From contig UYFQ01000602.1 in the NCBI GenBank assembly GCA_900617105.1, positions 1 to 50,913 on the forward strand: DNA of 50,913 nt, written 5' to 3'. Under the pieces are notes generated by a model. It saw only the letters and a list, made by a program, of their open reading frames with translations. It was not told the DNA's origin and did no database searches. Each line of letters starts with the position of its first letter. Position 1 is the first letter of the stretch. The stretch is from Hydrurus foetidus (Eukaryota). The position numbers and the translations under genes were made by a program. Shown here in pieces: positions 1-12,600 of this stretch.

Positions 1-1758
1 TTACGTGGAAGGCCGAAACGGCATTTTAGCTTTGAGTCTTAGACCATTAAGTCTAAATCTTGCAAAAACTTTTTTCAAGTTAGTAAGAAACTCTGCTTCA
101 CCCTTGCCATATACTATACAATCGTCGAGATACATCTCGCAACAATGATAGATAAGGCCATAGAGGACCGCCGTTACCATCTGCTCTTGAAAGTAAGAGG
201 GGGCTCGACACGGACCAAAGGGCAGTCTCGTAAACTGAAAAAACCCCGCAAAGCATATGAATGCCGTAAAAATGCGGTGTGCGGGGTGTAACGGTGCTTG
301 ATGGTAACCAGCGGTTAAATCCATCACACCAAAAATATCCGGTTTTTTATTACCGATCCTCTCAAAGAGGTGTTTGATATTTGGTAACGGGAATGAGGCC
401 GGCTTAAGACACCTATTAAGTGGCCGGTAATCGATGCAGGTTCGAAATTTACCGGGTGACTTAGTTACTATTACAGGATGACTGTAATAAGCGGCATCTG
501 ATCGCTCTATAACCCCTGATGCAAGCATCTCGTCAAGGTTTTCTTTGAGAGCAACCTCTTTTGTTGATGACTGGGGACGTACCGGCGTACGGTTTTCGTC
601 TTTTTCCCACAACTCAAGTGGGATGTTAATCTCAAAGGGTTTAAGTGACGCTGGTTTCTCAGCTAATTGATCACTGAAGATGTCTGAATATTCAGAACAG
701 AGCTCTCGGAGCTTCCTTTGAAAGCTTTCATCTCCTTCAAAGGTAATCTCTTTGAGGAAATCCTCTGGCCCTTTGGGCAAGTCATCTTGACTAGGTTTCT
801 CCGCCAAGAAGGGGGCAAACGTATCTATCTTGCCATCGTCAATCTCGTCAACTGAGAGTGCGACACCACTGGGCCATAAAGGCTCAGTGACATAGTCTAA
901 GGTATCAGAGTCCTCAGAAGTGTTTGTAGGGGTGGGAATCTGGTCGCCACCTAGGTGCGGTGTATCACCCGTACGTTTTGCGAGAATAGTAGTGACACTA
1001 TTCAGTCGCTCACAACCTACAACACCACAGGGATCTTGGGTCATGACTCCCTCGATTTCCATCTGAGTATCGTTACATGTCGACATTGTATGGACACAAG
1101 AGACGTTGCTCTTCGAAGAAGATTGACCATGCAATATGCTCTTCTTGTTTGGATACTCGGAAGATCCGTGTGTTTCTCTCTTTAGAGGGTGGTTTACCGC
1201 CTGGATATTTCAGCTTGTCGTAGTGAGGTGTTAAAGACTCGACTACGGCTGTATCAGGTTCGGTACCCAACGCTATCATACGACGCGTATATTTGTGTTG
1301 AAACAACGGATCGAGTTTATCCAAAGCTTCTTTTCTTTCGAATTCGCGTCTGCGAGCATCGCTCTTTCTCTTATTCTCAGCACTTAGCTCAGGAGAAATG
1401 CCGAATGCAAACGGAGTTAACGTCCAAAATCATACTTATTTACCGTTTCACGGCTAAATAAAATGTCGATGTCGGTTTTCCGATTGACCCTCATGGGTAG
1501 GCTGATGCTATGGCATTCACCATCGTAAGAATGAAAAAGGATTTTTAAATCGCAAATTTCGTTATTTAGATAGCATTGGCCATCGAGACCGCTGCAAACA
1601 GTTATGGCTTTAAGAGCAGGATAACATAAGTGAGTAGCATTTAATTTTTCAATCATGTCATATGAAATAAAATTGTCCGAATAATTGGCCGTATCCATTA
1701 CGGCCTTCCCCGCGGCGCGCAGCTCGCTAGCTGGGCCTGTCCTGTCCTTATCCTGCAC
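1..1758 (-). pseudogene. pol: pol 5' part of copy 1: aspartic protease and reverse transcriptase, frameshifted
   Basis: Protease-like motif VMDTANYS; gypsy RT motifs RTCIDYRPLN, DLTAGYHQ, RLPFG and YLDD. Several frameshifts relative to copy 3. Confidence 0.9.
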
Positions 1759-1914
1759 AATAACCGTAACGTTAAGGTGGTGAGAAGCGAGGGTGGAAGG
1801 GGTATGTAAAATTCTTCACGAATAGGTACAAGTGGCTGCACTTCGAGATGATCATCAGTCAGATTAAAGACATCATCATCGAATGTGGCAGCCACACAGT
1901 CATGGGCAAGGTTC

Positions 1915-3369
1915 TTACCCTGGTGTTGTCCCGGCTGAGTGTTGGGAGGAGGGTTGTGTCCCTGCGGGGGTTGTATTTACCCTTACCGCCGGACCCACGG
2001 CCCTGGTATTGGTTCGCATTGGGGTTTTGATGGCCCCTTTGCTTACCTCTACCACCCCCTGGTTACCCTGGTTACCATAACCAGATTGGTTCTGGGAGTT
2101 TCCTCCTTGACCCTGGTTGGAACGATCTGAACCATCCGAGGTGTTGGATTGGTTCCCAGAACCATGGCTGTTCTTGGCGCGCTTGTTGTCGTTACACATC
2201 AAGTAAGGTTTAGAACCTCTGGGGTAGAACTGAACTCGTTCCTCGTATCCAGGAAGGACGAGGTTGAGTTGCCATTCAGAGTACCCCACCGCGGCCCAAG
2301 CCATCCCCACTGTAGAACTCTCCCACTCAACTTGGTGATTCGTGTTGGAGTCGGAGTAGTACAGGATGGGGCAGTCTGCCAAATTGTGCGACGTAGCTCC
2401 GCACGACCGGCACGGACGAAACATCGGTACGAGCGGTACTTCCGTGGAAGCACGGACAGAGAGTCCGTGCTGCGTCGGAACGTACGAGCTAGGAGTACGC
2501 ACAGTAGCAGTGACTGATCTCGACGAAGCGGAGGGTGTAGGTGAGGGTGCTTTAGCACTCGCTCTACTCGTCTCCCTCTTACCAACGTCTGGTGGAACTG
2601 CTGATGCAGGAAACGAGTACACCGTGTCCGGGTTGCCATAGCTTTTGATGAGGTTCATCATTGCCCTAGCCTCGGCAAGAACCTGACCAATGCGTAGCAT
2701 AGTCGAATACCACGTATGAGGTGGGGTATTGTCAGCAGCTTTCGCTTTCAGGTAATCCTGTTGGATTTGACTACCCTTAGCTAGGCGCTTCTCCAAAATC
2801 AATATGAGCTCAGCATGCTGAGTCTCTGATAATGGTCCCTTAGACCTCTCATAAGTGCTCACAAGTTCGTTGTAACGTACGAATGTGGCATTCTCATGAT
2901 CGTGGTTAGCGATCTGATAATGGAAGGGAACTTGGCTAAAGCTCTCTGCCAGAGTACATTCTCCCAAACCATTTGGCGAGAAGTACTTTATTATCAGTTT
3001 GGCTACCTGAAGTACCGACAATTTAGTCTGCCAATCATGGCGTTGTCGTCTATCGATGATGTTAAATTCAGGATCGATCATGATCCTGAAATTAAGTAAC
3101 TCGATTGCCTGCTTCTGCATGCAATCGGTTAGCTTCATCAACGGGTACCTCTGAGCCTGTTCGTAGAACTCAGTCGCATCAGCTTCATCAATGAAGTTAT
3201 GCCTGAGGACGAACACCTCACCCTGGAGTTGCATCGTCGAGGGGAAAGCTGGGAACAGCGAGTTCGACATTGAGATAGTCGACTCGTTGAGCGCGGCTAA
3301 AGCTGCCAGACGTGCAATCTCCTCTTCGTCCGGATTTGGATCAGGGTTTGGGTTAGGTGGTGATGACAT
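1915..3369 (-). CDS. gag: Gag of gypsy family A copy 1
   Basis: 484-aa ORF after the LTR and leader. CCHC knuckle CRSCGATSHNLADC (C-x2-C-x4-H-x4-C). Confidence 0.85.
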   Translation of the reverse strand: MSSPPNPNPDPNPDEEEIARLAALAALNESTISMSNSLFPAFPSTMQLQGEVFVLRHNFIDEADATEFYEQAQRYPLMKLTDCMQKQAIELLNFRIMIDPEFNIIDRRQRHDWQTKLSVLQVAKLIIKYFSPNGLGECTLAESFSQVPFHYQIANHDHENATFVRYNELVSTYERSKGPLSETQHAELILILEKRLAKGSQIQQDYLKAKAADNTPPHTWYSTMLRIGQVLAEARAMMNLIKSYGNPDTVYSFPASAVPPDVGKRETSRASAKAPSPTPSASSRSVTATVRTPSSYVPTQHGLSVRASTEVPLVPMFRPCRSCGATSHNLADCPILYYSDSNTNHQVEWESSTVGMAWAAVGYSEWQLNLVLPGYEERVQFYPRGSKPYLMCNDNKRAKNSHGSGNQSNTSDGSDRSNQGQGGNSQNQSGYGNQGNQGVVEVSKGAIKTPMRTNTRAVGPAVRVNTTPAGTQPSSQHSAGTTPG

Positions 3370-3998
3370 GTCTAATCACTTATCGATGTAAATCTCACTG
3401 AAAGTCAATGGAGATCGATAACCCCTGCTCAGAAAAATTTTTCAAGAGCTTCGCCTCGTTCACAAACGGGTACTGTAACGTCAGTAACAACGAATAAGCA
3501 ATTCTAACCAACTCTTGAACTGAAAAGTTCTATGGCGTGAAAGCCAAATTTAGAGTGGTAGAAAATCTGAGTGACCGTTAAGGTCAAAGACGTTGCTCAA
3601 CGTCGACGAAAAGAAGTCTATAGACTAACTTATGTCTCTGGTGATGAATCTGTGATTCGATCGACCAGCGGAGCAAGTCTAAAATGACTTCTGGGAAGGA
3701 TAAATCAACTTCGACCAAAATGTCAAGTTTGGAAGAGCCCAATGCACGGGGATTCCAAGAAAGCAGTTAATCTGACTTTCTCTAACTTAGACTAGGTCTT
3801 CTGAGCCAATGGCTGCAGAAGAAAACGGCTCGAAAGTCGTTGAGCAAAGCTCAGAAGTCTTATCTACAGGTTGGGACGAGTAGACGGAATGAGAAGTAGC
3901 AGAAGAAAGAGTGGACGAATAGCGCTATTGTAGTCCGGATAAAGTAGGTCGATGAATGGAGGTGGTAGTTAGTTACAAGGAACTAAGCTAGAAGCTAG

Positions 3999-5635
3999 TG
4001 ATAAGAACTTTCTACGAAATACTTCGGCGTAGTCGCGACGTGTTGTTCCAGCCAGCCGTCGTAGGGTCATGTTGAAAATTTGTAAGAAGCTTTACATTTA
4101 CACTATTGTGTTTATGTCCAATTAAGTTCGGCCATCATACTCGGATCAAGGGAAGGATGCTTTGGAGGATACTTGCCCTTGGCCTTGAGTTGGTTTCTTG
4201 TCGGTGACAGGAGCTGAGTCACAGGTCGGGCAGGAGGATTTGCCTTTATCATCAGATTTCTGGAAATTGTCACTGCTGTTGGCTTTGTAGATGAGATCAT
4301 TGATGTATGCTGAAGGCAGGTGTCACGAGGAACTTGCGAGGTATTCAAATCCCTCTGTGGAAATCCAAGGCGGCTATATAGATGCTGGACTTGCACCTGT
4401 ACGTTTGTTATTCGAACTGTTAATAATTTGCTGTACGAACGGTATGCTTTTTGCATAATGCACAAGAGAAGGTGTATCGAATGCCAACCCTTTTAGATGT
4501 CTACTTACCTCTTTGTTGAAATGTTCAACAATAGCGATCTCCTGTGAGGAGTAAGGTAAGGTAAGATCTAAGAACTCTTTAATGAGATAAGTTAGCGAAA
4601 TGGGATCCACGATCCGATCTTATCATATTAGGCGAACCAAATCGGCCAAAATGTGCCAGAAGCTTTCAGCTGCTGATTCAGCATTAGCATCCTTGCACCA
4701 GAACATTTCTGTCCATCTAGAGAAGGCGCCAATTATGACGAAAATATACCCCTTATCTGGAAATGGACCCACATAATTAATATTTGTCGTATCGAAAATT
4801 GCGTGTGTGGATGTTAAGAAATGAGCTGCATTGATTCTCGCATCAACCGTACTCAATTTTTGACAACAGGGACGATTTCGTATGAACAAACGTATGCGTT
4901 GTTTCATATTTTTCCACACTTGATTTAGACAAAACAGTCAAGTGAGGGCACGGTCGACACCGTTGTGACCTACAATTGCATTGTGGTAGATTTGAATATG
5001 AATTGTTTGTTCACCTGTCGGTGGTTCTATAACCGTTAATGCCACAACACTTGTTGATGAAGATGAAGAAAATGATGTTAAATCATGTCATTTGATTGTC
5101 ATAGGAAGCGCAATCTCAGTAAAATTCGAACATAACCGTGACAAAGCATCGGCTAATTCGTTATCTGAACCTTTAACAAAATGTACAGCGAAATCAAGTT
5201 CTTGCATTGCAATGAACCACCGTATTACCATCGATGTTAGATTTTGTTTCATGTAAGTCAAATTCATATGATCAGTATGAATAGTGAAGTTACGATCTCA
5301 AATGAGATAATCGAGTTGTTGGCAACAATAAAAGATAGTATAAGTTTCTTTTTAAATTGATGACCAATTTATCAGCGTAGCAGAAAGAGATTTGCTAATA
5401 AAAGCGATCGGTCGCCAAAAGTCATTAACGATCTGAAAAAGTACACCACCGACTCCATAATCAGATGCATCAGTATATAACTTGATGGGTGAGTCATCAT
5501 TGATGAAGCACATTAATGGACAACGAGATACAGCGATCCTAGTCACATTAAATGCTAAAGTCCCATCGAGGGTCCAATAAATTGGTGCACGTTTGAGTGC
5601 CTTTCGGCCCACCATCATTTGAAGTGGTTTGACGA
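3999..5635 (-). pseudogene. pol: Degenerate RNase H-integrase segment of a related gypsy family B, ending at the start of the chromodomain
   Basis: Fragments LYTDASDYGVGGVL, NYVGPFPDKGY and EHFNKEVSRHL align by eye with family A Pol. Many stops and frameshifts. Confidence 0.88.
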
Positions 5636-5905
5636 TTTGACCCATCGATGGGCATGCCAGCTGATACAGCACGTCGCGACTACATGGAGTATTTCGTTGA
5701 GAAAGTTCTTAATCACTCAGGTGATACAAAGAAATCGACATCCATGTCGTTCCATGTAAAATGGCTCAACTATGATAACTCGCATAATACATGGGAGCCT
5801 TGGAAATATCTCCGGCTCTGTGACGCACTCCATGCACACTTGGCGGATAATAACATGTCACGTTTTGTTCCCAAGAATCTTGAGGGATCAATCATCGAGG
5901 TTTGA
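5636..5905 (+). pseudogene. Chromodomain-encoding 3' end of gypsy family B integrase
   Basis: YFVEKVLNH...FHVKWLNYDNSHNTWEPWKYL, homologous to the C-terminus of family A Pol. Confidence 0.88.
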
Positions 5906-6261
5906 GCTGGAACATATTATCTTTTGAAGATCTTTTAGCCTGATTTTAGCCCTTTTTAGGGATTTTTATGGTTTTTTTAGTCAGTAAAAATCTGACATAA
6001 TTACGTCAGACCCTGGTACAACAGAACGAATCTGATTTGTACAATCCTAACTTATCTTTATACATCGAACCCCACTTCTCTGCTATTTTCCCTTTGTAAA
6101 TACTTTTTATGTTTACTTTTATTTTTTCGATTTTGTAGAATTTTCCGTATATTTCTTTTTCGATTTGATTGCATATCAAGTATTTTTGCAAAGAAACAGG
6201 GGTACCGATTTAGTTTAGATTTATCTTAGTTTTCTTTTGAAAGAAAGATAAGTGGGGGTAA

Positions 6262-6482
6262 TGTGATAGTACCGGGCCCAAGGTCCCGATCCTACCGGGT
6301 ACCGACTCTACCGATTCCTACCGGGTACCGACCTACCGGTACCACTACTGTGCACTACAGACTGTCGTATCGTCGTACCCACTTACAGCTTCTACGTAGA
6401 AGCTTATCTTCTTAGCTTCTAGCATAGCCTCTGTAAACTAACTACAACCTCCACTCCATTTCCTACTCTTCGTCGGACCACA
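6262..6482 (+). repeat. 3' LTR of gypsy family B, preceded by a polypurine tract
   Basis: TGTG...CACA termini. PPT AAGAAAGATAAGTGGGGGTAA at 6241-6261. The 3' half resembles the family A LTR. Internal CTACCGGGTACCGA repeats. Confidence 0.8.
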
Positions 6483-6755
6483 AGGAGCAGTTCCAACTGT
6501 TGAGTGCGGTTGGGAGACCAACGGTGGAGGCTGTTGGATCTTAGCAGACATTATGTCGATGAGCCTTGCCACATCGGCGAAGGAAAATCTTGTCTCTGCA
6601 TCCTGAGCCTCTAAAATGTCCGAAAATGAAGTTGGCACTGTGGCTCCAAGATTCCACGCTCGAGGTTCTAAAGGTGGTGTCGGAACAACCTCCTGATTTT
6701 GAAGGGCTAATTCCACCTCATCTAGAAAATCACTATTAGGATTTTCTAGATCCAC
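6483..6755 (-). pseudogene. ORF fragment cut by the family B LTR, possibly the N-terminus of another retroelement Gag
   Basis: Protein-like ORF (DLENPNSDFLDEVEL...) that runs into the LTR end. No diagnostic motif. Confidence 0.25.
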
Positions 6756-7395
6756 TATTAGGAGTTGGAATTGATCCTGTCCTAGATCTTGTAACTCGAC
6801 CAGTGAAGATGGGTTGAGGTACCTCGATCAGAGCTCTGAACGGATGTTAAAGGAGATCGGCAAGAGCTGGTGGAGAGTCTGTGTTGGACAGCTCGAACTC
6901 GTCTTCAGATCCGTAATCGCTCATGATTGCAGGGTTCTGAAAGTTGAGGAAGGAAATTCAGAATCCTGGAATCCACAGCAAACGTTTCATCACTATAAAC
7001 AATCGCTATCATATAAGACTAAATACAAGATGTCACCTTCTAGCGTTCGCAGCGAAGGTGGAGAAGCAGCTGCAGGCTACTGTCTCAATTCAGTGAGCTA
7101 TCGAGTAGACGAAGCTGTGAAGTACAACGTATTAAATTCTGATTAGAGCTTACAGATAGCCACGCAAAAGAGCTATCGAAACAGTTCATGACAATGAAAG
7201 TACCTTCGGACAAAGTTCACAGCGAGATGTGTTGTTTATAGCATGTGCTTGAGGAGCGTCGCATGAATGCTTATCGTAACGAAGTGTTTTGGCGATACTG
7301 AAGAATCATGAAAAGCGAACTTTCGTTTGCGTGTGGTCAGAGGGTTCGTACTAACTGCTACATGGCGATGGTACAGGGGTACGTATGCATGTATA

Positions 7396-7874
7396 CCGTC
7401 AAGTGCCTCTTTATTTGTATCGAGATGGAAAAAATGTAAAATATCACCCTCTTTTTAATGCTGGGAAACACTGAAAAAAGGCGAATTTCTGACATGAAAA
7501 AAAAAGAAGCGAAATACAGAAAATCCATCTCCACCAATATAGGTTTTCATCAAAAACTGTTTGCAATTCGGATTCAGCGCACTTTTTTAAGTAAGACTGC
7601 TGATTTCAAAATTTTCTGGCTTATTTTTAGTTTGAAATATTTCGGTTCCCGCGAGTCGAGAATCAGAAATTGTCATTTTTGACGACAAATTGTAGCTTAA
7701 GTAGCGCTCGGACAAGAATGCTCTCATATTGTTTCTTGCGCAGAATGTTCGGATTAGTCTGGTTTTCTGACCTCGTTTCAACGAGATTAAGTGTGTCAGA
7801 AAAGGTTCCTTAAAATATTCTTATTTGGCTATTTTTGACCAAAATTGGAATACATATAAAGAGGCACTTGCCGG
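7396..7874. mobile_element. MITE (non-autonomous TIR element, TA target duplication)
   Basis: TA|CCGTCAAGTGCCTCTTTATTTGTAT ... ATACATATAAAGAGGCACTTGCCGG|TA; 25-bp TIR with 2 mismatches; AT-rich non-coding interior. Confidence 0.88.
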
Positions 7875-7879
7875 TATGT

Positions 7880-8430
7880 ATATGAACGTACATGCGTAAG
7901 TACAGGTGCACTTACGTATGTACGCCTATACATCTATGTACTACGCTACAGGCGATCGTACATGCGTACATATTGACTATGTACGTACATGTGTAAGTAC
8001 GTGTGTGTACGTATACACATAATCATAATAGTATGCACTAACATGTGCACGTACGTGTCTACGTGTGTGCGTGACCGTACAAGTGTACTCTATGGTATAT
8101 GCGTGCGTACGTACGTACGAACGTACATATTGACTATGTACGTACAAGTGTAAGTACGTGTGTGTACGTATACACATAATAGTATGCACTAACATGTGCA
8201 CGTACGTGTCTACGTGTGTGCGTGACCGTACAAGTGTACTCTATGCTATATGCGTGCGTACGTACGTACGAACGTACATATTGACTATGTACGTACAAGT
8301 GTAAGTACGTGTGTGTACGTATACACATAATCATAATAGTATGCACTAACATGTGTAAGTACGGGTGTACGTGTGCATGTTATCATATCTACTTATGTAC
8401 GTACGTACGTACGTACGTACACGTATGTAT
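7880..8430. repeat. GTAC/TACG-rich low-complexity region containing about 2.5 tandem copies of a 150-160 bp unit
   Basis: ACATATTGACTATGTACGTAC recurs at about 7968, 8125 and 8276. (GTAC)n run near 8397-8420. Confidence 0.85.
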
Positions 8431-9687
8431 TTGTAGCTACATTTGCAACTATATTACTACAGACATAACTTGATAGAATCAGGTAGTCTGACAGTAACAT
8501 TGATGTATTCATGACCATTATCCCTCTTCCTGAGTCGCTCGTATATCTGATGGACGTTAGAACGCAGTAGCTGCAGTTTGGAGAAGCTCACTCCGAAAAA
8601 ACGCCATGCTCAGATAGCTGACCAGGTCTCGATGCTACATCTAGATCGAAATGTCCTTGAGAGCAAGGTTCAAGGTCCTAGCCTACGGTACAGCACATTG
8701 TCATCGGCTATGAAGAAAGCAAATTTTTAATATCAAATTTGGCAAAGGAACAAGTTTAGCAAACGAAGAAGACATAGTATGGTTGCGTGATTTTTCTAGA
8801 TTGATTCAATCCGATGGCACCTCGGAGGTGGCGCACTATGTCGAACAAGATAGAAGTTAAGAAACCAGATAATCTATGGCGGTATGAGGATACCGATATC
8901 TCTGAATGCACAGCTCATCTGTAGACGTCTCAAGTTTTATTGTCATGGTCACTATGTAATATATTACTATGCGTTGTGGACGTAGGATCGATCTGCATTC
9001 TTCACCTTGTCCATTTCAACAAATGGCGATGTGTCTAGTTAACGTACCTAGTCCCATTTCAGTATTATTGAAACTTTTTTTGTGTGTAGTGGTCAAAATG
9101 ATTTTTTTTTAGAAATTTGATGCGCCACCGGAAAAGAAAAACTTGAAAAGAAGATTTTCTATCAAATGAATTGTGTAAAAATTGTACAGAGCTTCAAATG
9201 ATTGGTATCAAACTTTTTAAGTCTAGATGTATGTGTGCTATTGTATACGGAATATCGTGAATAAATAGGTGAGAAATGCTTCTTATCCTTCATTCAAATC
9301 AAGAGTAACTATGTTAGAAGCAGAGAGGCACACAGGCAGGCTTCACCCGAAGGTTGTATGCCGATCAATGCTCTGTACAGATGTACTGATGAAGCGAATT
9401 GCATTGTATTTTATGTCAACTGAAATTATGCGTACGGCCAGTGAACAATTTTTGTTTGTTTTGTTGATCTAGATATCAGAAATGGCGAACATGCGTGGCT
9501 TGATGGCGTGGAAATGTGTACATGAACTGTCGACTACAATGACTCTACTGGCTAACTATATAAATGAAGTACTTTACAAAATAACAATGACAGTGATGTC
9601 TTGACTGCGAGTACAAAACCTAGTAAAAAGTGCTGTTACCAACCGCTTCACATCGCATCAGATTACGTCACTGCCTTACTCCCTATG

Positions 9688-12600
9688 TTATATAAGACTA
9701 GGGCTTGCCCCAACAAAATTCGGGATTAAGTCGGCATCAACGTGAGGATCATGTGCACCATCATTGACCGCTTCCTTCATGTATATCGGTGCTGAATCCG
9801 TTCTCATTTTACGATAGAGAAGGAACAAGCATGCCACTAATAACAAAATAAATCCGACTACCCCGCCTGTTACAGCTCCAATGACGTTGTCAGACAGCCT
9901 GGATCCTACTTGTTGTACGAGAACAGGACAAGGTAAGAAATGAGGTCTAATTTTGATGCATATTACAACATGAATTGTCAAGAGATTGTCTTTCGTAAAA
10001 CATACTTGATTTACCTCGTCTGGTTGATCTATTTACAGCATTTACTTCCGGAGTGAATGGGACGATTTCTACGATGGACGAAGACGTTAAGGCCTCGATA
10101 GGGAGGCCGGAACTCGACTTCATTGAATTCAAGAACAAGCCACTATCGGTTGCTTTCGAGAATTTCTCTATGACGGTATCAGCTTTTATAGTGCTGTTGA
10201 GATCGAAGGTGTAGGAGATAGCGGTGGTAACCAGCAGCATACGTCTGCTCAGGGTGATCGTCACCCCTGAGACGGCTCTTAAAGGCACTTCGAGTGCATC
10301 GGCAGTGCTGACTCGTACTGCTGAGGAGAACGCGCCACTCGCAGCTTCGGATGCACTAAGACCGTCAAAGCTCTGCAGTGCGATTATCAGCATGTGAGAT
10401 GTCATGGTTTAAGTACTTTGACGAGCACATTTCATGGACTAAACATGTACATAATAAGTATAATCATTTACTGACCTGCACAACTCGAAAACGCAGCAAG
10501 GAACTAGGCGATGTAGACGGCGGAATGGAAATGATTGTCGGAATAGCAGTAAACTGGAAATCAACGGACGGTGAAGCCGAATCGGCTAGTTGTGTAGGAG
10601 CACCGGTTGCTAAGGTCGGCGTCATCGACATAGGTGATAGTGTTGATGTAAGCACATCTGATGGTGGCGATGACAACGACGGACTTAAGCTTGGACTCAC
10701 ACTCGGTGTCGATGTAAGCACATCTGATGGTGGCGATGATAATGACGGACTTAAGCTTGGACTCACACTCGGTGTCGATGTAAGCACATCTGATGGTAGC
10801 GATGATAACGACGGACTTAAGCTTGGACTCACGCTCGGTGTCGATGTAAGCACATCTGATGGTGGCGATGATAACGACGGACTTAAGCTTGGACTCACAC
10901 TCGGTGTCGATGTAAGCACATCTGATGGTGGTGATGATAACGACGGACTTAAGCTTGGACTCACACTCGGTGTCGATGTAAGCACATCTGATGGTGGCGA
11001 TGATAATGACGGACTTAAGCTTGGACTCACACTCGGTGTCGATGTAAGCACATCTGATGGTGGCGATGATAACGACGGACTTAAGCTTGGACTCACACTC
11101 GGTGTCGATGTAAGCACATCTGACTCACACTCGGTGTCGCACATCTGATGGTGGCGATGATAACGACGGACTTAAGCTCGGACTCACACTCGGTGTCGAT
11201 GTAAGCACATCTGATGGTGGCGATGATAACGACGGACTTAAGCTGGACGGTGTCGATGTAAGCACATCTGATGGTGGCGATCGACGGACTTAAGCGGACT
11301 CACACTCGGTGTCGATGTAAGCACATCTGATGGTGGCGATGATAACGACGGACTTAAGCTCGGACTCACACTCGGTGTCGATGTAAGCACATCTGATGGT
11401 GGCGATGATAACGACGGACTTAAGCTTGGACTCACACTCGGTGTCGATGTAAGCACATCTGATGGTGGCGATGATAACGACGGACTTAAGCTCGGACTCG
11501 CGCTCGGTGTCGATGTAACCACATCTAATGGTGGCGATGATAACGACGGACTTAAGCTTGGACTCACACTCGGTGTCGATGTAAGCACATCTGATGGTGG
11601 CGATGATAACGACGGACTTAAGCTTGGACTCACACTCGGTGTCGATGTAAGCACATCTGATGGTGGCAGTGATAATGACGGACTTAAGCTCGGACTCGCG
11701 CTCGGTGTCGATGTAAGCACATCTGATGGTGGCGATGATAACGACGGACTTAAGCTTGGACTCACACTCGGTGTCGATGTAAGCACATCTGATGGTGGCG
11801 ATGATAACGACGGACTTGAGCTTGGACTCACACTCGGTGTCGATGTAGGCACAAGTGATGGTGGCGATGATAACGACGGACTTAAGCTTGGACTCACACT
11901 CGGTGTCGATGTAAGCACATCTGATGGTGGCGATGACAACGACGGACTAGAGCTTCGACTAGCACTTGCACTCGGCATCGTTGTAGGTGTTGATGTAGGG
12001 ACAAGTGCTGGTGATGATGGTGTTGATGACGATAACGGACTTAAGCTTCGACTCGCAATCGGCATCACACTCGGCGTCGATGTAGGTGCAAGTGATGGCG
12101 ATGATGACGATGATCGACTTGAGCTTGGTGCCCTCGATGATGGTGTCGATGACGAAGGTACACGCGATACAGGTGACGTGGGTGACACAGATGGTAGTGC
12201 TTGTTGTGTAGGAGCAGCAGTTGATACGGTCGGCGACTTCGATGTCGACAAAGGTGCCGTCGATGATGGCAATGCCGTCTTCAGAGCACTCGATGGTGAT
12301 CGTGAAGGCGTGTTACTTGATGGCGATGCTGGCTGCACATTTGATGGCTGATGTGTCGGTTGATCAACCACCGTTGGCAGGAACGCAGACGGTTGTGGTG
12401 TGATGCTCGGCTGAAAGGCTGTTGGCTGACTTGACGACCCGGACGGTGCTTCAGATACAGGAGGTTGTGATGGTTGCTGTGTTGGTTGATCAACCACTGT
12501 CGGCGACAATGATGACGGTGTATGTGTGATCGGCCGAGGCGATGACGGTGCACTGGAAGGTCTGAGCGATAGTTGAGTAGGAGCAGCGCTTGATACAGTC

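Larger units (their letters stand above)
1..3998 (-). mobile_element. Ty3/gypsy LTR retrotransposon family A, copy 1 (partial 5' LTR, leader, gag, protease, RT; continues beyond the window edge)
   Basis: Reverse complement is nearly identical to 44316-48270. LTR 3' end ...GGACTACA at 3929, with only about 70 bp of LTR retained. Confidence 0.93.

Noticed and set aside
7977..8352. Tyr/His/Thr-rich ORFs
   Set aside because: Arise from GTAC-rich tandem repeats.
8560..9260. Possible degenerate MITE (TACCTAGTCCCAT at about 9044 resembles the 22673 TIR)
   Set aside because: No matching opposite TIR or TSD found.
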